Shown: positions 34,387 to 49,550 of the stretch, piece by piece | Numbering within the stretch: the stretch's first letter is position 1 | Layout of the letters: the number at the start of each line of letters is the position of its first letter | From: Eledone cirrhosa | Taxonomy: Eukaryota | Assembly (NCBI GenBank): GCA_964016885.1 | Contig: OZ024756.1 | Span: 17,112,001-17,176,000 of the forward strand | Direction of reading: 5' to 3' | DNA: 64,000 nt | The notes under the pieces: generated by a model | Databases searched by the model: none | Told to the model about the DNA's origin: nothing | What the model saw: only the letters and a program-made list of their open reading frames with translations | Position numbers and translations under genes: made by a program

Positions 34387-35431
34387 GAGAAAAGGGCTAA
34401 AATTACATGAACCAAACAACTATCTGATAAAAATCACTTGAATCAAACTGCCTGATGGACAGTAATAAACATTGGACTAAATAGATGTATAGTGGACAGT
34501 TGTCACCATTACTTGAACCAAATGGAATCAAAGTAAAATCAACTCTTAAAATTACCAAAATGGATAGTGTTTGTCTACACACAAAGAGTGTGTCCTCATC
34601 ACCATTGTCAACATCATCATTTCTACATGCTGGATGCTCTTCTTGTTGCCATCCCATACTTTATTCTAAGTAATGGTATATGTTGCTGGCATTTGTCCAG
34701 GTGCTTTACAGTAGGCTACAAGAAACTGTCCTCACAGGCTTTTATATATGGTGTCAATATGACGTTTGCTGCAGCAACAGGCATATATCCTTGCTATATA
34801 TATTGATGAGGTTAAAGTATCAACTATAATCTCACTTGCACACATCACTCACTCAATGAATTATGGAATGAACTTGTAAGGAACAAATCCTGTCTCAGAG
34901 TGCTTACCAAGAGTATGTTAGCGATGTGGCATGTACACCTAATTAGCCTGGACCTAGGTTTCTGCAGATTCAGAAGACAAGTGCAATTGCAACTTGCAAC
35001 ACTGCACCTGTGTCATCAGCAGTCTATGAAGTATGGATTGAGAGAAATGGTGGTATATCTTTTGTTCCTTTTCCAAGGCTACTAGGACTGCTATGGCGAC
35101 AGAATTGCCAGTAGCAGGCTGGCTTCAAGCTTCACCAAACAATCATACACACACATATATATATATATTATTAGTAGTAGTAGTATGGATTAAAAGTTTC
35201 AGGTGATGCCACTTAGGGTGAAAGCAAAAATAATTTGCTTAAACTTTTAATGTGCTAATAAATATTTGCTCTACTGGTTTATATAAACACACACACAACA
35301 TTTATCGAGTCCTCTCTGGATTTTGGGTCTTCGTATTTAATTATTACTATATATATACATACACACACACACACACATATGTGTTTGAACAATAAAAACA
35401 GAAGCTGGGTGTAGATAGAGTCTTAGTTCAT

Positions 35432-35562
35432 TGTTTTATGATCATTTCAAAGGGTCGATTGATTGATGGCTATTGATGTATCGACTAGCTTGATAGTGGT
35501 TAAGTTACTACCTATTTCTAGTCTCGAAAACCTTGTTCAATTGGCCGTCTTCCTCAGAAACA
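35432..35562 (-). ncRNA. Type I hammerhead motif with extended stem II
   Basis: TGTTT CTGAGGA AGACGGCC...GACCCTTT GAAA-T-GATC-A-TA AAACA. Triplet AUA, palindromic GATC loop. Confidence 0.7.
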
Positions 35563-35584
35563 CTCGATATATATATATATATCC

Positions 35585-37280
35585 CGTCTAACCCATGCTA
35601 GCGTGGAAGAACGGACGTAAAACAGTGACGATGATGATGATACTCACACACACACACACGATGGGTTTCCTTATGTACCAATCTACCAAATTCACTCTGA
35701 AGGCATTGGTCAGTCTGGGGCTATAGTTGAAGACATTTGCCAAAGGTGCCAAGCAGTGGGATTGAACCTGAAATCATATGGCTATGAACCAAGCTTCTTA
35801 ACCATAGAGCCACGACTGCTGTGTGTGTAAATCTAAATATGTTGATCAATATAACATTGTGTTGAATGAAAACAATGATTTCAGATTTAGGCATAAGGCC
35901 AGCAATTTTGGGAGAGGGGAAAGTCGATTAAATTGACCCCAGTGCATTACTGGTACCTTATTTTATTGACCCCGTAAGGATGAAAGGCAAAGCTAACTTT
36001 GGCGGGATTTGAACTCAGAACGCAAAGGGACGTAACTCTATGTTGCATAGAGTTGCAGTAAAACAATTACGGGGCAAGGAAAGTTAACTCTCTGGATATT
36101 GATGTAACAAATATGCCTTTTCAAATCACATTAACAATAAAATTTATAGAGAGATTTTTAGAATTGTAGAGGCTTTCCTGTCATTCTTCAAATTCTCATA
36201 TTTATAACGCATAAGGGAGAATGGAGATGCTTATTTGAAATAATTTTAGCAACATAGTCGCTGTGAAGATGAAAAAAAATCATTAGTTTACAATTTAATA
36301 ACAAGAATATTTACAAAATACTGTAGCAGGAATGATAAATATGTAGAAAACAACAACAACAACAACAATAATAATGATTTCTAATTTTGACACAAGGCCA
36401 GCAATTTGGGGGTGGGAGGGAAAGTCGATTAAATTGATCCCCCAGTGCATTGCTGGTACTTTATTTTATCGACTTCGAAAGGATGAAACGCAAAGTTGAC
36501 CATGGTGCGATTTGAACTGGGAATGTAAAGGATCGTCAGAAATACCATAAAGTATTTGTCTAATGCTCTACCGATTCTGCTTTTAATAATAATAGTGATG
36601 ATTTCTAACACTGGGCCACAAATTGAAGAGGGGGATATAAGGCATGAAATCAACCCCGGTATTTGACTGGTCTTTATTCCATCAACTCTTTAAGGATGAA
36701 AGGCATGGGAAGATTTAAACCTCAAAATATAAAAGGATGTAATTTAATACTAAAAATCGTTAAAGTTTGTCCCAAGTCGTCAAGCTCAGCAGACTGGAGC
36801 TTATCCTTGATTTCACTTCTCATTGACGGTAAGTGACAGAGTACAAAACTTCCTACTGGACAGGATGCCAGTCCATCACAGGGTTAACCCCTAGCTATTG
36901 CTGGTATCATTTTCAGGTGAGTGTAATGGAGCAACGTGAAATGAAGTGTTTTGCTGAAGAACACAGAAATCAAACCCAAGACATTATGATCATAAAGTCA
37001 ACAACTTAACCACTAGTCCATATGCCTACTGGTTAAGGTGGGTGGGTGGGTAATGGTTGGGGGAAACTAAATACTACAAGGTATTTATTTAGCACTCAAT
37101 CTTCTCTGCCATCTACCTCCATAATAATTATTGTTTCTAACATAGGCACAACACCAGAAATATTTAGGGGAATGGTTAGTTGATTAGCTCAAGACCAATA
37201 TTTAACTGGTACTTTCATTAGTCAACCCTGTCAAGATGAAAGGCAAAGTGAACCATGGAAAAATTTTAACTTAGAACATA
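35585..37280. mobile_element. Cluster of SINE copies and fragments (families A and B and relatives), mostly on the minus strand
   Basis: Repeated GGCACAAGGCCAGCAATT...GGATGAAAGGCAAAG and reverse-complemented tRNA-like heads. Confidence 0.75.
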
Positions 37281-37597
37281 AAACAAAGGTATAATGACGC
37301 ATCAAATTTATCAGGAATAATAAAATGGGAGAGTGTAGCATTCATACTGTTTCCTTATGCCTGTGTGTGTGTGTGTGTGGGAGACAGAGAGAAAGAGATA
37401 TCAAACCTTAGAATGTCAAGGCTGAAGGAGTATGTGGGAAAAAAAAAAAAATCATTAACGTTTGTTTCTAAGGTGAAAAGAAATGAAGAAAAATTGTGTT
37501 TTTATACAAAAGTATAATTTAAGAATAATAAGTCACCCATCTTCAAACACCATAAAATCTAGTTTGTGTGGAGAGTGGTACACAAGAATTTTGTAGA

Positions 37598-37750
37598 TGA
37601 GGTTAGATAGCTAGATATGGTAACCTGAGGTCAGATGTGGTGACCTGAGGTTAGATGTAGTGAGCCGAGGTCAGATGCAGTGACCTGAGGCTAGATTTAA
37701 TGAGCTGAGGCTAGATGTAGTGAGCTAAGGTCAGATGTGATCTGAGGCTA
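37598..37750. repeat. Degenerate 20-bp tandem repeat
   Basis: Unit about TGAGGTCAGATGTAGTGACC. Confidence 0.75.
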
Positions 37751-37931
37751 CATAAAGTGACATTTAGTGCATGTATGGTTGATAATGATTAAAGAAAATA
37801 TGGAAGAAAATTACTGTAATTGATTTAAATGGATGTAAAATGAAACACATCGAGATCAAAGAAATTCGAGGATTTAGGTATCTTTACATAGAATGTGACA
37901 ATCGAGTAATTTTTTAATATAAAAGCGTATG

Positions 37932-37971
<40 letters not shown>

Positions 37972-38552
37972 GGACGCACAAGACAAAGACAACAATAAAA
38001 AAAAAAAACAGCAGTAAAATGATGAACATTCTTTTCTCTTCAGTCAACTCCTGGAAATTCTTATAGTTTCAGTACTTTAAAGTTGATACTACTCATCTAG
38101 TGCACATTGGGTCAGTAATAAAACAGGAAGACACAGAAATGCTTCATTCGTTAGAAATATCCTAATGATTTCAAATGAATGAAATAGTTTTAGTCCTGTA
38201 GAAATCATTTCTATATTAAATAAATATAAATGTAAATATAAATATATATATTCATTATAGGATGTGGGGGGTGGGGGCAACTGTCAAGCTTAAATTGTAG
38301 CATCGCATTCACATATACATATGTGTGTATATATATGGGTGTGTGTGTGTGTGTGTATTTATTTATATATATATATATACCGTCTAACCCATGCTAGCGT
38401 GGAAAATGGACGTTAAACGAAGATGATGATATCAGGAGGGATTCAGTTTGTAACTGGTTAGACCATTACTCAACAGAATACTTGATACTTGGGGTAATAG
38501 AGTATCATTATATTATAAAGAGTCAGGACCTGATGGCTGAGCTCTTTATAAC

Positions 38553-38589
<37 letters not shown>

Positions 38590-38785
38590 GGTGGATTCCC
38601 AATAGGAAGTGACCACAGTTAAAAAAGGTACCCAATATGCTAGTGGAGTATATACATCTTTATTTTATATAGAAATGACTTCTACAGGACTAGAACTGTT
38701 TCACTCATATGAAATCATCAGGAAAGTTCAGAACATTCTTGATGATTTCATACAAATCAAACATTATTAGTCTTGTATATAAAAT
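38590..38785. mobile_element. Penelope-like terminal remnant with back-to-back hammerhead-like cores
   Basis: Minus strand CTGATGA TTTC-ATAT-GAGT GAAAC AGTTCTA GTC, with an inverted decayed copy adjacent. Related copies at about 38160-38220 and 63020-63170. Confidence 0.55.
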
Positions 38786-40793
38786 AATTGTTTCTACTTT
38801 AGGCACAAGGCCAGCAATTACCCAGTGCATTACTGGTACTTTATTTTATCGACCCCGTAAGGATGAAAGGCAAAGTCAACCTCGGCTATAAAATAATGAT
38901 GTGTGCACACACACACACACAGAGAGTGTGACTTAACATATAAAATAGCAAAGGAGACTAACATTTAAGCTTCCATTCCATACTCCAACATTAGTGACTT
39001 TCTTTGGTAGTTTTAATAGAGAAGAGTTTTAATGTGAAATTAGTGGACAGTCTGACAGGTTGTGTATACATATTTAGATGAACACACACACACATATATA
39101 TATACATATATACATAAACATACATGTTATATATATATATATAGTAAGAGGTGCTTTAGCAGCCAAAGTGTATGATAAAGTTATATCTGTATAAATATAT
39201 ACAGTGTATACATATATATATAATTTTGTGAGTGCCTCAAACAATTTGATTGGTATCTGCTCTACTGTGGCTACAACTTCGATTTATACCAAATATTATT
39301 CTCCTAGTTTTGTGTAATTCATTAATAACATATTGGTTACTTTTTGTTTATAATCGCTAGTTGAGAGCTTTTTTTTTGAGGCTTTGAAAATCTTTTTTTT
39401 CACACCTTGAATTTACCCGCTTAAAGTTTGGCCAAATTACTTTCCTCTTTTGAGAGAGGTCATGTGATGACACAGGAGAATTTATTATTACAGTATAATG
39501 CTTCCCTGTCTATTCACGGCAGAACTATGTTGGATACTATTGAACGAACACCTGCTGAGGAAAGGATCTCCAGTTCCACTGCTAAACAATAGCTAGGTGC
39601 ATTTACAAATTGCATATGCATAATGGAATTCATGATGCACCTACCCGGAGTAGCAGAAACCTATCGAAGATTTTGATCGATATCTATCGGTTATCTTTTC
39701 GAGATGGTCCTGGTTAGTCTCCTACTTGTTTGTATTTATCGTTGCTGTGGTTATAAACTATGGCTACATACACCTGGTCGTTTTATTCATGGTGTCACAC
39801 TTTCTTAACTTTGTGTTTACTCTGGATGAAAATGAATTAACTTTTCGCAGCATAGAGTGCTTCGTGACCAATTGATTGGTATCTGCTCTCCTGTGGCTAC
39901 AACTTTGATTTATACCAAATATATATAGTATATATATATATATATGTACACACAAAAAGAAACATGACAACATAGAGTTAAAACTTGGAGTCAATTGTCA
40001 TCATAGCTTAAATTTCTATACTGTAGCATAACAGAATGTACTGTACTGTATTTTACTGTAATAAACAGTAACCAGGAAATTGTACAGTACTCTACTGTAC
40101 CCACAGTACCAAACTGTACTGTACTGTATGTAATGGTCTCCTTAACAGAGCAACAACTTTTGACCATCCCTACAGCAACAATCCCTTTACACACATGCAC
40201 AACATATATAGTCTTTTAAGGTCATATGTAAGCTGTACCAACCAATACCATGCCACCACCACCACCACCACCACCACCACCACCATCCCTTTCATTGCAT
40301 GTTGTATCAATTTGTTAAATTATCATGTTCATCCTTTGATGTTATCAGAGTGCGGTGCAGTGGAAGAGAACATCAATGTTGACATTTCAGGTCATTGTTT
40401 AAGAAGAAAAAAAAAAAAAAACTAATTTTTTTTTTGTAATTTTTTTTTTAATGTAAGTTTCTTTTTTTTCTTTTTCTGTCTGTGTGTGTATCAGTCTGTA
40501 TCAGCAATTTCTTTGTTTTTCAGGGAGGAAAAAATCTAATAATCATTATACCCTTGGTTGGACTGATAATAATAACAACAACAACAAAAACAATAGGAAG
40601 GAGCAAAGGGCATATGGATGAGCAGGGTCAAGTGAGCTGGAGAAACAAGTTATGAAAATTTATGGTGAGGGCATTTGTAGGGGACGGGGGGAGGGGGGGG
40701 GGGTGACAGAGATCCAATGAATTTGATTTCAAATACTTTGTTCTGTTTTGATGACAATATTAAATCACACACAGAATTTGTGTGTCTGTATAA

Positions 40794-40831
<38 letters not shown>

Positions 40832-40854
40832 ATGATGATGATGATATACATATA

Positions 40855-40887
<33 letters not shown>

Positions 40888-41022
40888 TCATATATATACA
40901 TATGCATACACATAAAAAACACGTGTTTGTAGATGTGAATATATATGTGTATGTAACAAAGTCATTTGGAGTAGTGTGTGCAGAGGGAAGGGGGTGGCTG
41001 TCCCTCACCCCACCCACTCACA

Positions 41023-41879
41023 TCAGGTGTGTTTGTCACTGCCATAGTCATGTCGCATAATCGATGCACCTGCTGACCCACTGCCAGTGCCCAGGGGTTG
41101 TTGTGTAGCTGTGGACGATGATGAAGGGGGGGTGTGATCAGAGGCAATGACAGCACGGTTCGTTGTCTGCTGCTGTTGCTGTTGTTGTTGTTGTTGTTGT
41201 TGTTGATGATGATGATGATGATATGAGTGTTGTGATGGTGACTGCTGCGCAAAGGAATACTGCAGCTGCTGTTGTTGATGTTGATGCTGGTGTTGTTGAG
41301 AGAGAGTAGCAGCAACTGCAGCTGTAGAAGAGGAAGTGGTGCTGTGTATTGGTTGAGGTGGTGGCAGCGACAGTTGAGGTGGTGGTGGTGGTGGCTGTGA
41401 TCCACAGGAAGGCACGTGGGTGGTTGAAATGGTAGTAGTAGTAGTAGTAATCTCGTTGCTGGCGCCCAGGGCAGTGGAAAGGGTTGTTGTGTTGGAGGGG
41501 TTAGGGGCGAGCTCGGCGCTCATGGACGAAGAGGACAACGTAGTAGACGAGGACATGGCCCCAGCACTGGTCAGGGTTACATTGGCACCACTGTTGCCAC
41601 AAAGAGGTGCAAGTGTTGGTTTGGTGGAAGAGATAGAGACAGAACTGCTAGCTGAACAATTGTTGGTTCCACTGTTACTGCTGCTGTTGTTTGTGTTGGT
41701 GTTCGCCGTCAATGCAGACGGGGTCGATGGTGCAGAACCAGCTTCACTTTCTGCAGCAGCTGTTAGCTGTGCTGACTGAGCCATTAACTTCTGTCGTACT
41801 TCACGGATCTTCAGTTGCAACATTGTCTTCGTTGGAAACAAGTTGATGTGTCTGCTATGAAATGTTGTGGTCGCTGCAG
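41023..41879 (-). CDS. cic: capicua last coding exon: end of the C1 domain plus a low-complexity S/T/P/Q/H tail
   Basis: Acceptor ttgtag|CT. Reads [35 protein letters not shown], matching the Capicua C1 signature [11 protein letters not shown]. Stop TGA at 41025-41023. Confidence 0.96.
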
Positions 41880-41929
41880 CTACAATAGATCAACAACAAC
41901 AACAACAATAAGTACAATGACAACAACAA

Positions 41930-42140
41930 TAATTGTTTCTACTTTAGGCACAAGGCCAGCAATTTTGAGGGAAGGGAAAATCGATTAAATTTGACGCCCA
42001 GTGCATTACTGGTACTTTATTTATCGACCCCGTAATGATGAAAGGCAAAGTTAATCTGTGCGGGATTTGAACTTAGAACATAAAGCGCCATCACTCTGTG
42101 CTGCGAAGCATGTTGCCAGATGCTCTATCAATACTGCCCT
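41930..42140 (-). mobile_element. SINE family B in a cic intron
   Basis: Full core, head and tail as in 5019-5198. Confidence 0.85.
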
Positions 42141-42830
42141 AATGACAACAACAATAACAACAAGTACAAGTGTACACAAGGTGGTCACTTGAACAACTAG
42201 AAACAGTAGCCAAAATCTCCCTCAAGTTACATCAGCTATTTAAAAAAAAAACATATGGATAATATATTTGTTCTAGACACACTTTATCTGGGAAGGCATG
42301 ATGGCCACAACTTGGTCAATACTATTGACCATAGGTCTGTTCAATTAAGCTGACTTGCAACAATGACAAATAATATTTATATCAATTTACTCTTTCAATT
42401 TTCTTTTTCTCTGAGATCAATTTTATTTTACAAAGCTACTTATAGAAAAACAAAACATACTATTAAAGAGAATCAAGCAATGAAAGAAAGGGAGAGGAGG
42501 AAGGGCAGACACTACACCCCAGTCTGAGTGGTGCCTCAGCTGCACCCCATGGACAAAATGACAAAGGCATTACTGCAGAGAATGACCAAAGATACCTATT
42601 GCAACAGCCACCCCACCTCACAGGGCTCCTTCCTCAAGTGGGCTGCTGTCTTTCCGATTCTATGGAAGAAATCAGCAGTGCGGGGACCAAGGACATCAGA
42701 CGTCTAGATGGAGACCAGTACAAAGAGGAAGTGGTTGGCCAGGCCCCAGCGCCCCCCTTTGAGAACCTCTGTTTTAACTCTACCCCAATCCTCTACTAGA
42801 AAGGGCAGCAGTAACCCCTTTTGATCCCTA

Positions 42831-43740
<910 letters not shown>

Positions 43741-43766
43741 CAGTCATTGCTCTTACTATTTCAATA

Positions 43767-44036
43767 TATATAATAATACAAGGACGATTTGTTAAGCCTT
43801 CATTACATTTATTGATTGGTGACACGTGTTTCGTTATTGATCAGCTCAAGCTTTGATCTGGCTCTTGTACTGACAGAATGCATGCTGTCATTACAACAGC
43901 AGAAGTCCGACGAGCTTTTGATTCCAGAGTCGGGTCAGATCAATACAGATTGAACCTTGAGCTGATCAGTAGCGAAACATGCATCACCAATCATTAAATA
44001 ATGAAGGCTTAACAAACCGTCCTTGTATTATTATAT
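43767..44036. repeat. Fold-back element (about 85-bp arms) carrying a decayed hammerhead
   Basis: Arms ATAATAATACAAGGACG...GATCAGCTCAAG and its reverse complement. Plus strand CCGACGA...GAAAC-ATGC-ATC; the left arm retains GAAAC-ACGT-GTC on the minus strand. Confidence 0.8.
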
Positions 44037-44139
44037 TATTATATTACACTCTGTCTAGCTCTACACCTTGCCACTGATGTGAACCTACAGTAACTTCACG
44101 TTAAACTCCCTGGATATATATACATATATATATCTTCTT

Positions 44140-44470
44140 CGTCATCATTTTACGTCCGCTTTTCCCTGCTTGCAAGGGTGGGACGGGAACTGATTCTGGC
44201 TTGATTTCTACAGCTGGATGCCCTTCCTAACACCAACCTCATTTACAGTGAGTGCTGGGTGCTTTTTTTCCATGGCACCTCCACGACCACTTTGCAGTGG
44301 AATGATATGGACCCCAGTTCCTATCATCTCATTTCTACAGCTGGGTAAACTGGAGCAATGTGAAATAAAGTGTCTTGCTCGAGGAAACAACACATCACCC
44401 AGTCCGAGAATTGAACTCACAACCTTTCGATTGCAAGGCCAATGCTCTAACCTCTAAGCCATGTGCCTCC
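44140..44470 (-). mobile_element. SINE family A, full length
   Basis: Reverse complement of 689-1032. Confidence 0.9.
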
Positions 44471-44532
44471 ATATTTATTTACGGATTACATTGAGTTCTT
44501 CATACGGTTTAGACTCTACCATTAATTGGTGG

Positions 44533-44621
<89 letters not shown>

Positions 44622-44717
44622 TAAATCCACCAATTAATCCGTATTAAGATGTCGTGAAGCAAAGTCTAAAATACAAAATTTTCAACGATATAATTCATTG
44701 GATACAGAGTCAAAAGT

Positions 44718-45162
44718 AGAAATATTAAAACAATGAAATTAAACAAAAAACGGTTAACTCATAGTAAAACTCATTATTTTATGATCGTTTCTGGGGGGTA
44801 GTTCCCCGTATGTCCATTCTATTATTGATCTATGTAAAATATATTACAAATTATCATAGTAAGAAAATATACATACGTCTTCACTACCTGCTGCCTTCAG
44901 AAATATTATTTCTGAAGACGGCGGGTAGTATATTTTCTTACTATGATAGTATATTTTCTTACTATGATATATATTTTCTTACTATGATATTTTGTAATAT
45001 ATATCACTGTAAATGTGGTTGGTGTTAGGAAGGGCATCCAGCTGTAGAAATCAAGCCAAATCAGTTCCTGTATGAGCAAGGCATGGTCAGCCGACCAGAC
45101 ACTGCCCACAACAGGACAACCCGACTAACCCATGCTAGCGTGGAAGAACAGACGTAAAACGG

Positions 45163-45193
<31 letters not shown>

Positions 45194-45319
45194 ACATAGA
45201 TCAATAATAGAAAGGACATACAGGGAACTAACCCCCCCCCCCCCAGAAACGATCGTAAAATAATGAGTTTTATTATCAATTAACCGTTTTTTGTTTAATT
45301 TCATTGTTTTAATATTTCT
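44718..45319. repeat. Head-to-head fold-back of two hammerhead-bearing termini, with a SINE/LINE tail inserted in the right arm (about 45000-45190)
   Basis: Plus strand: ATTATTT CTGAAGA CGGCGGGTAGT...ACTAACCCCC GAAA-C-GATC-G-TA AAATAAT. Minus strand: CTGAAGG...GAAA-C-GATC-A-TA. Confidence 0.85.
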
Positions 45320-45807
45320 CTCTCTCTCTCTATATATATATAAATATATCATCATCATCTTTAACGTTTATTTTTCCAGGCTTGCACGAGTTAGACGGGT
45401 TGTCCACATTATGAGACAACTTTGGTCAGCTTGCTGTGCTGTACCTTGCTCAAACGGGACTGTATTTTCGCTGGGACTTTTACAGGTGGATGCCCTTCCC
45501 AACACCAACCCCGTTCACAGTGTGGAACTGGATGGTCTTGTTATGAGACAAGTCTGGCCAGAGGGCCGTACCATACCATACCATGCACACATCGTGACTG
45601 TGTGTTGGCAGGGTTTTTACAGTGGCGATGATACAGTTGAGTCAAACACAGTATGTCTGGACATGGAAGATAGAGAGGTGGTAGGCTGTAGAGAAGTGGG
45701 AAGGGGAGGGCAGTGTGGGCTTGTATGAAAGTTGGTTTTGGTAAATAAGAAAAGCAAAATATAAAGTAATAAGGTGCAAATATATATATATATATATATA
45801 TATATGA

Positions 45808-46145
45808 AGGTGCATGGCTTAGTGGTTAGAGCATTGGCCTTGCAATCGAAAGGTTGTGAGTTCAATTCTCAGACCGGGTGATGTGTTGTTTCCTTGAGCA
45901 AGGCACTTTATTTCACATTGCTCCAGTTTACTCAGCTGTAGAAATGAGATGATAGGACTGGGGTCCCTATCATTCCACTGTAAAGTGGATGTGTAGGCGC
46001 CACGGAAAAAAAAAAAAAAGCACCCAGCACTCACTGTAAATGAGGTTGGTGTTAGGAACGGCATCCAGCTGTAAAAATCAAGCCAGAATCAGTTCCCGTC
46101 CCACCCTTGCAAGCAGGGAAAAGCGGACGTAAAATGAAATGATGA
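45808..46145 (+). mobile_element. SINE family A, full length
   Basis: Near-identical to 689-1032. Confidence 0.9.
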
Positions 46146-46474
46146 TATATATATATAATGTGTGTGTGTAGAGAAACACACTGCTATATACATACATCCC
46201 GTCCCACAAAACCATATAGAGTTGTGCCCCAGATTTCGTGGGGATTAAGTTCCTAGAGCACCCGTGAATATTGGATGTGGTCCATAAAAATGCCTATAAA
46301 TGTCAAAATATAACATAAAATATAGGCCGGCAAATATGATATATTGTAGTTAATAATTTAGTGTTAAAAAGCGTGGAAAAATATATATTGCCACGAAAAA
46401 AACCTTAAAAAAATTGCGGAAGATATTTATGATTCTGTGAATATGCGGTGGTTTTCACAAACAATTATTAGTTA

Positions 46475-46924
<450 letters not shown>

Positions 46925-46939
46925 CTAATAGTGGTATTG

Positions 46940-48105
46940 GTAGTGTTGCAGTGTAGCTAGGGGTGTCAGCAGTGATGTTGCCGTGTAGTTACTGGTGCCA
47001 GCTATGGTGTTGCTGTGTAGTTAGGGGTGTCGGCAGTGGTGTTAGGTGTCGACAGTGGTGTTGCAGTGTAGTCAAGAAGAGCCAACAGTGGCGATGATAC
47101 AGTGTAATCTGCAGTGTTACAGTGTAGTCTGGAGTGTTACAGTGTAGCCAGAGGTGTTAGAGTGTAGTCAGAAGTGTTACAGTGTTGTCAGAAGCGTTAC
47201 AGTGGAGTTAGAGGTGCTACAGTGTAGTCAGAAGTGTTACAGTGTTGTCAGAAATGTTACAGTGTAGTCTGGAGTGTTAAAGTGTAGCCAAAAGTGTTAC
47301 AGTGTAGTTTGTAGTGTTGCAGTGAAGTTTGCAGTGTTACAGTGTAGCCCAAAGTGTCAACAGTGGTGATATTACAGTGTAGTCAGAAGTGTTACAGTGT
47401 TGCCAGAAGTGTTAGTGTAGTTAGAAGTGTTACAATCTTGCCAGAAGTATTACAGTGTTGTCAGAAGTGTTAGAGTGTAGTCAGAAGTGTTACAGTGTAG
47501 TTAGAAGTGTTACAGTGTAGTCAGAAGTGTTACAGTGTAGTCAGAAGTGTTACAGTGTAGTCAGAAGTGTTACAGTGTAGTCAGAAATGTTACAGTGTAG
47601 TCAGAAATGTTACAGTGTAGTCAGAAATGTTACAGTGTAGTCAGAAATGTTACAGTGTAGTCAGAAGTGTTACAGTGTAGCCAGAAGTGTTAGTGTAGTT
47701 AGAAGTGTTACAATCTTGCCAGAAGTATTACAGTGTTGTCAGAAGTGTTAGAGTGTAGTCAGAAGTGTTACAGTGTAGTTAGAAGTGTTACAGTGTAGTC
47801 AGAAGTGTTACAGTGTAGTCAGAAATGTTACAGTGTAGTCAGAAGTGTTACAGTGTAGCCAGAAGTGTTACAGTGTAGTCAGAAGTGTTACAGTGTAGTT
47901 AGAAGTGTTAGTGTAGTCAGAAGTGTTACAGTGTAGTCAGAAGTGTTACAGTGTTGTCAGAAAGAAGTGTTACAGTGTTGCCAGAAGTGTTACAGTGTAG
48001 TCAGAAGTGTTACAGTGTTGCAGTGTTGCCAGAAGTGTTACAGTGTAGTTAGAAGTGTTACAGTGTTGTCAGAAGTGTTACAGTGTAGTCAGAAGTGTTA
48101 CAGTA
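46940..48105. repeat. 20-bp minisatellite filling most of a cic intron
   Basis: Unit AGAAGTGTTACAGTGTAGTC, degenerating toward 46940. Confidence 0.95.
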
Positions 48106-48152
48106 TAATCAACAGAAACTAACAAACAACCTTTCCACTCTTCCCAACTTAC

Positions 48153-48298
48153 TTGTCCATGCCATCATCAATGTTCTTCTTAAAGAAACTACGTCTTGGA
48201 CTCGAGATACTGGGTGAAGGCAATGATGACTGTATGAGGTGAGGAGGTACCGGAATGGGCGGAGGGATTAGCTTCGGTTTACTTCTTTCTGATTTCTG
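48153..48298 (-). CDS. cic: capicua exon
   Basis: ttacag|CAG (NAGNAG)...GACAA|gtaagt. Reads [18 protein letters not shown]...[15 protein letters not shown]. Phase 0-2. Confidence 0.9.
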
Positions 48299-48349
48299 CT
48301 GTAAGATAGAAACACACTTTTCAGTGGTATTATGGTTAGCAACAATGAA

Positions 48350-48702
48350 CAAATGATGATGATGATGATGATGCTGGTGGAAATGATGGTAGTGGTGGTA
48401 TTGATCGAAATGCTGGCAGTGATGATGGCGATGGAGATGGTACTGGTATTGATGGTAATGGTGATAGTGAAGATGGTAGTGATGTTGATAATGGTGGTAT
48501 TGATGGCAATGAAGATGGTGATGATGATGCAGATGGTAGTGATGGTAATGGTGATAATGAAGATGGTAGTGATGGTAATGGTGATAATGAAGATGGTAGT
48601 GATGGTAATGGTGATAATGAAGATGGTAGTGATGTTGGTGATGGTAATGATGATAGTGAAGATGGTGGTGATGATGATGATGATGAAATAATAATAATAA
48701 TG
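48350..48702. repeat. (GAT/GGT) trinucleotide low-complexity tract; a similar tract lies at 49550-49810
   Basis: Direct reading. Confidence 0.85.
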
Positions 48703-49085
48703 AAAATCATTGTGTACAGTGCTCAGGTGCACAACTTATCAAAGGTGCATGTATAGTACAAATGTCAGGAAAGTAAACAGTGTATGAGTCACGATACACC
48801 CACACACACATGTATGTGTGTGTGTGTGTGTGTATGCGTGTGTGTATGGAATGGAAATATCAGGTGTAGTGTTGCCAAATTTCAGGAAGCATGGAAGTTT
48901 TAAAGGATGCAGTGTCCCAACAGCTAACCACTGATGCAGGTAGTTTGTCCCATGCTTTAGCAACCCTGAATGTGAAAAAATGTTTTCAAAAGTCATGGGA
49001 GCTGTGCTGTTTTCTGATTTTGTAATCATGTCCACGTGTGTTAGACACATGGAATTCAAAAAGGTACTCAAAAAGGTACTTTTAT

Positions 49086-49428
49086 GGAGGCACATGGTTT
49101 AGTGGTTAGAGCATTGGCCTTGCAATCGAAAGGTTGTGAGTTCAATTCTCAGACCGGGTGATGTGTTGTTTCCTTGAGCAAGACACTTTATTTCACATTG
49201 CTCCAGTTTACTCAGCTGTAGAAATGAGATGATAGGGACTGGGGTCCCTATCATTCCACTGCAAAGTGGTCGTGGAGGTGCCACAGCAAAAAAGCACCCA
49301 GCACTCGCTGTTAATGAGGTTGGTGTTAGGAAGGGCATCCAGCTGTAGAAATCAAGCCAGGATCAGTTCCCGTCCCACCCTTGCAAGCAAGGAAAAGCGG
49401 ACGTAAAATGAAATGAAAATGAATGATG
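49086..49428 (+). mobile_element. SINE family A, full length
   Basis: Near-identical to 689-1032. Confidence 0.9.
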
Positions 49429-49429
49429 A

Positions 49430-49550
49430 CTCAGGGTTGTTGTTGGCAAGATGGTTAATAATTTTGTGGGAGTCCACCAAGTCAGTTGCCAGACGTCGGA
49501 GCTTTAATGTATCCATGCCCAGGGAGGCAAGGCGTTCAGAGTACGGGATA
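49430..49550 (-). mobile_element. CR1-like LINE fragment
   Basis: [29 protein letters not shown] is a typical CR1 C-terminal motif. Confidence 0.65.
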
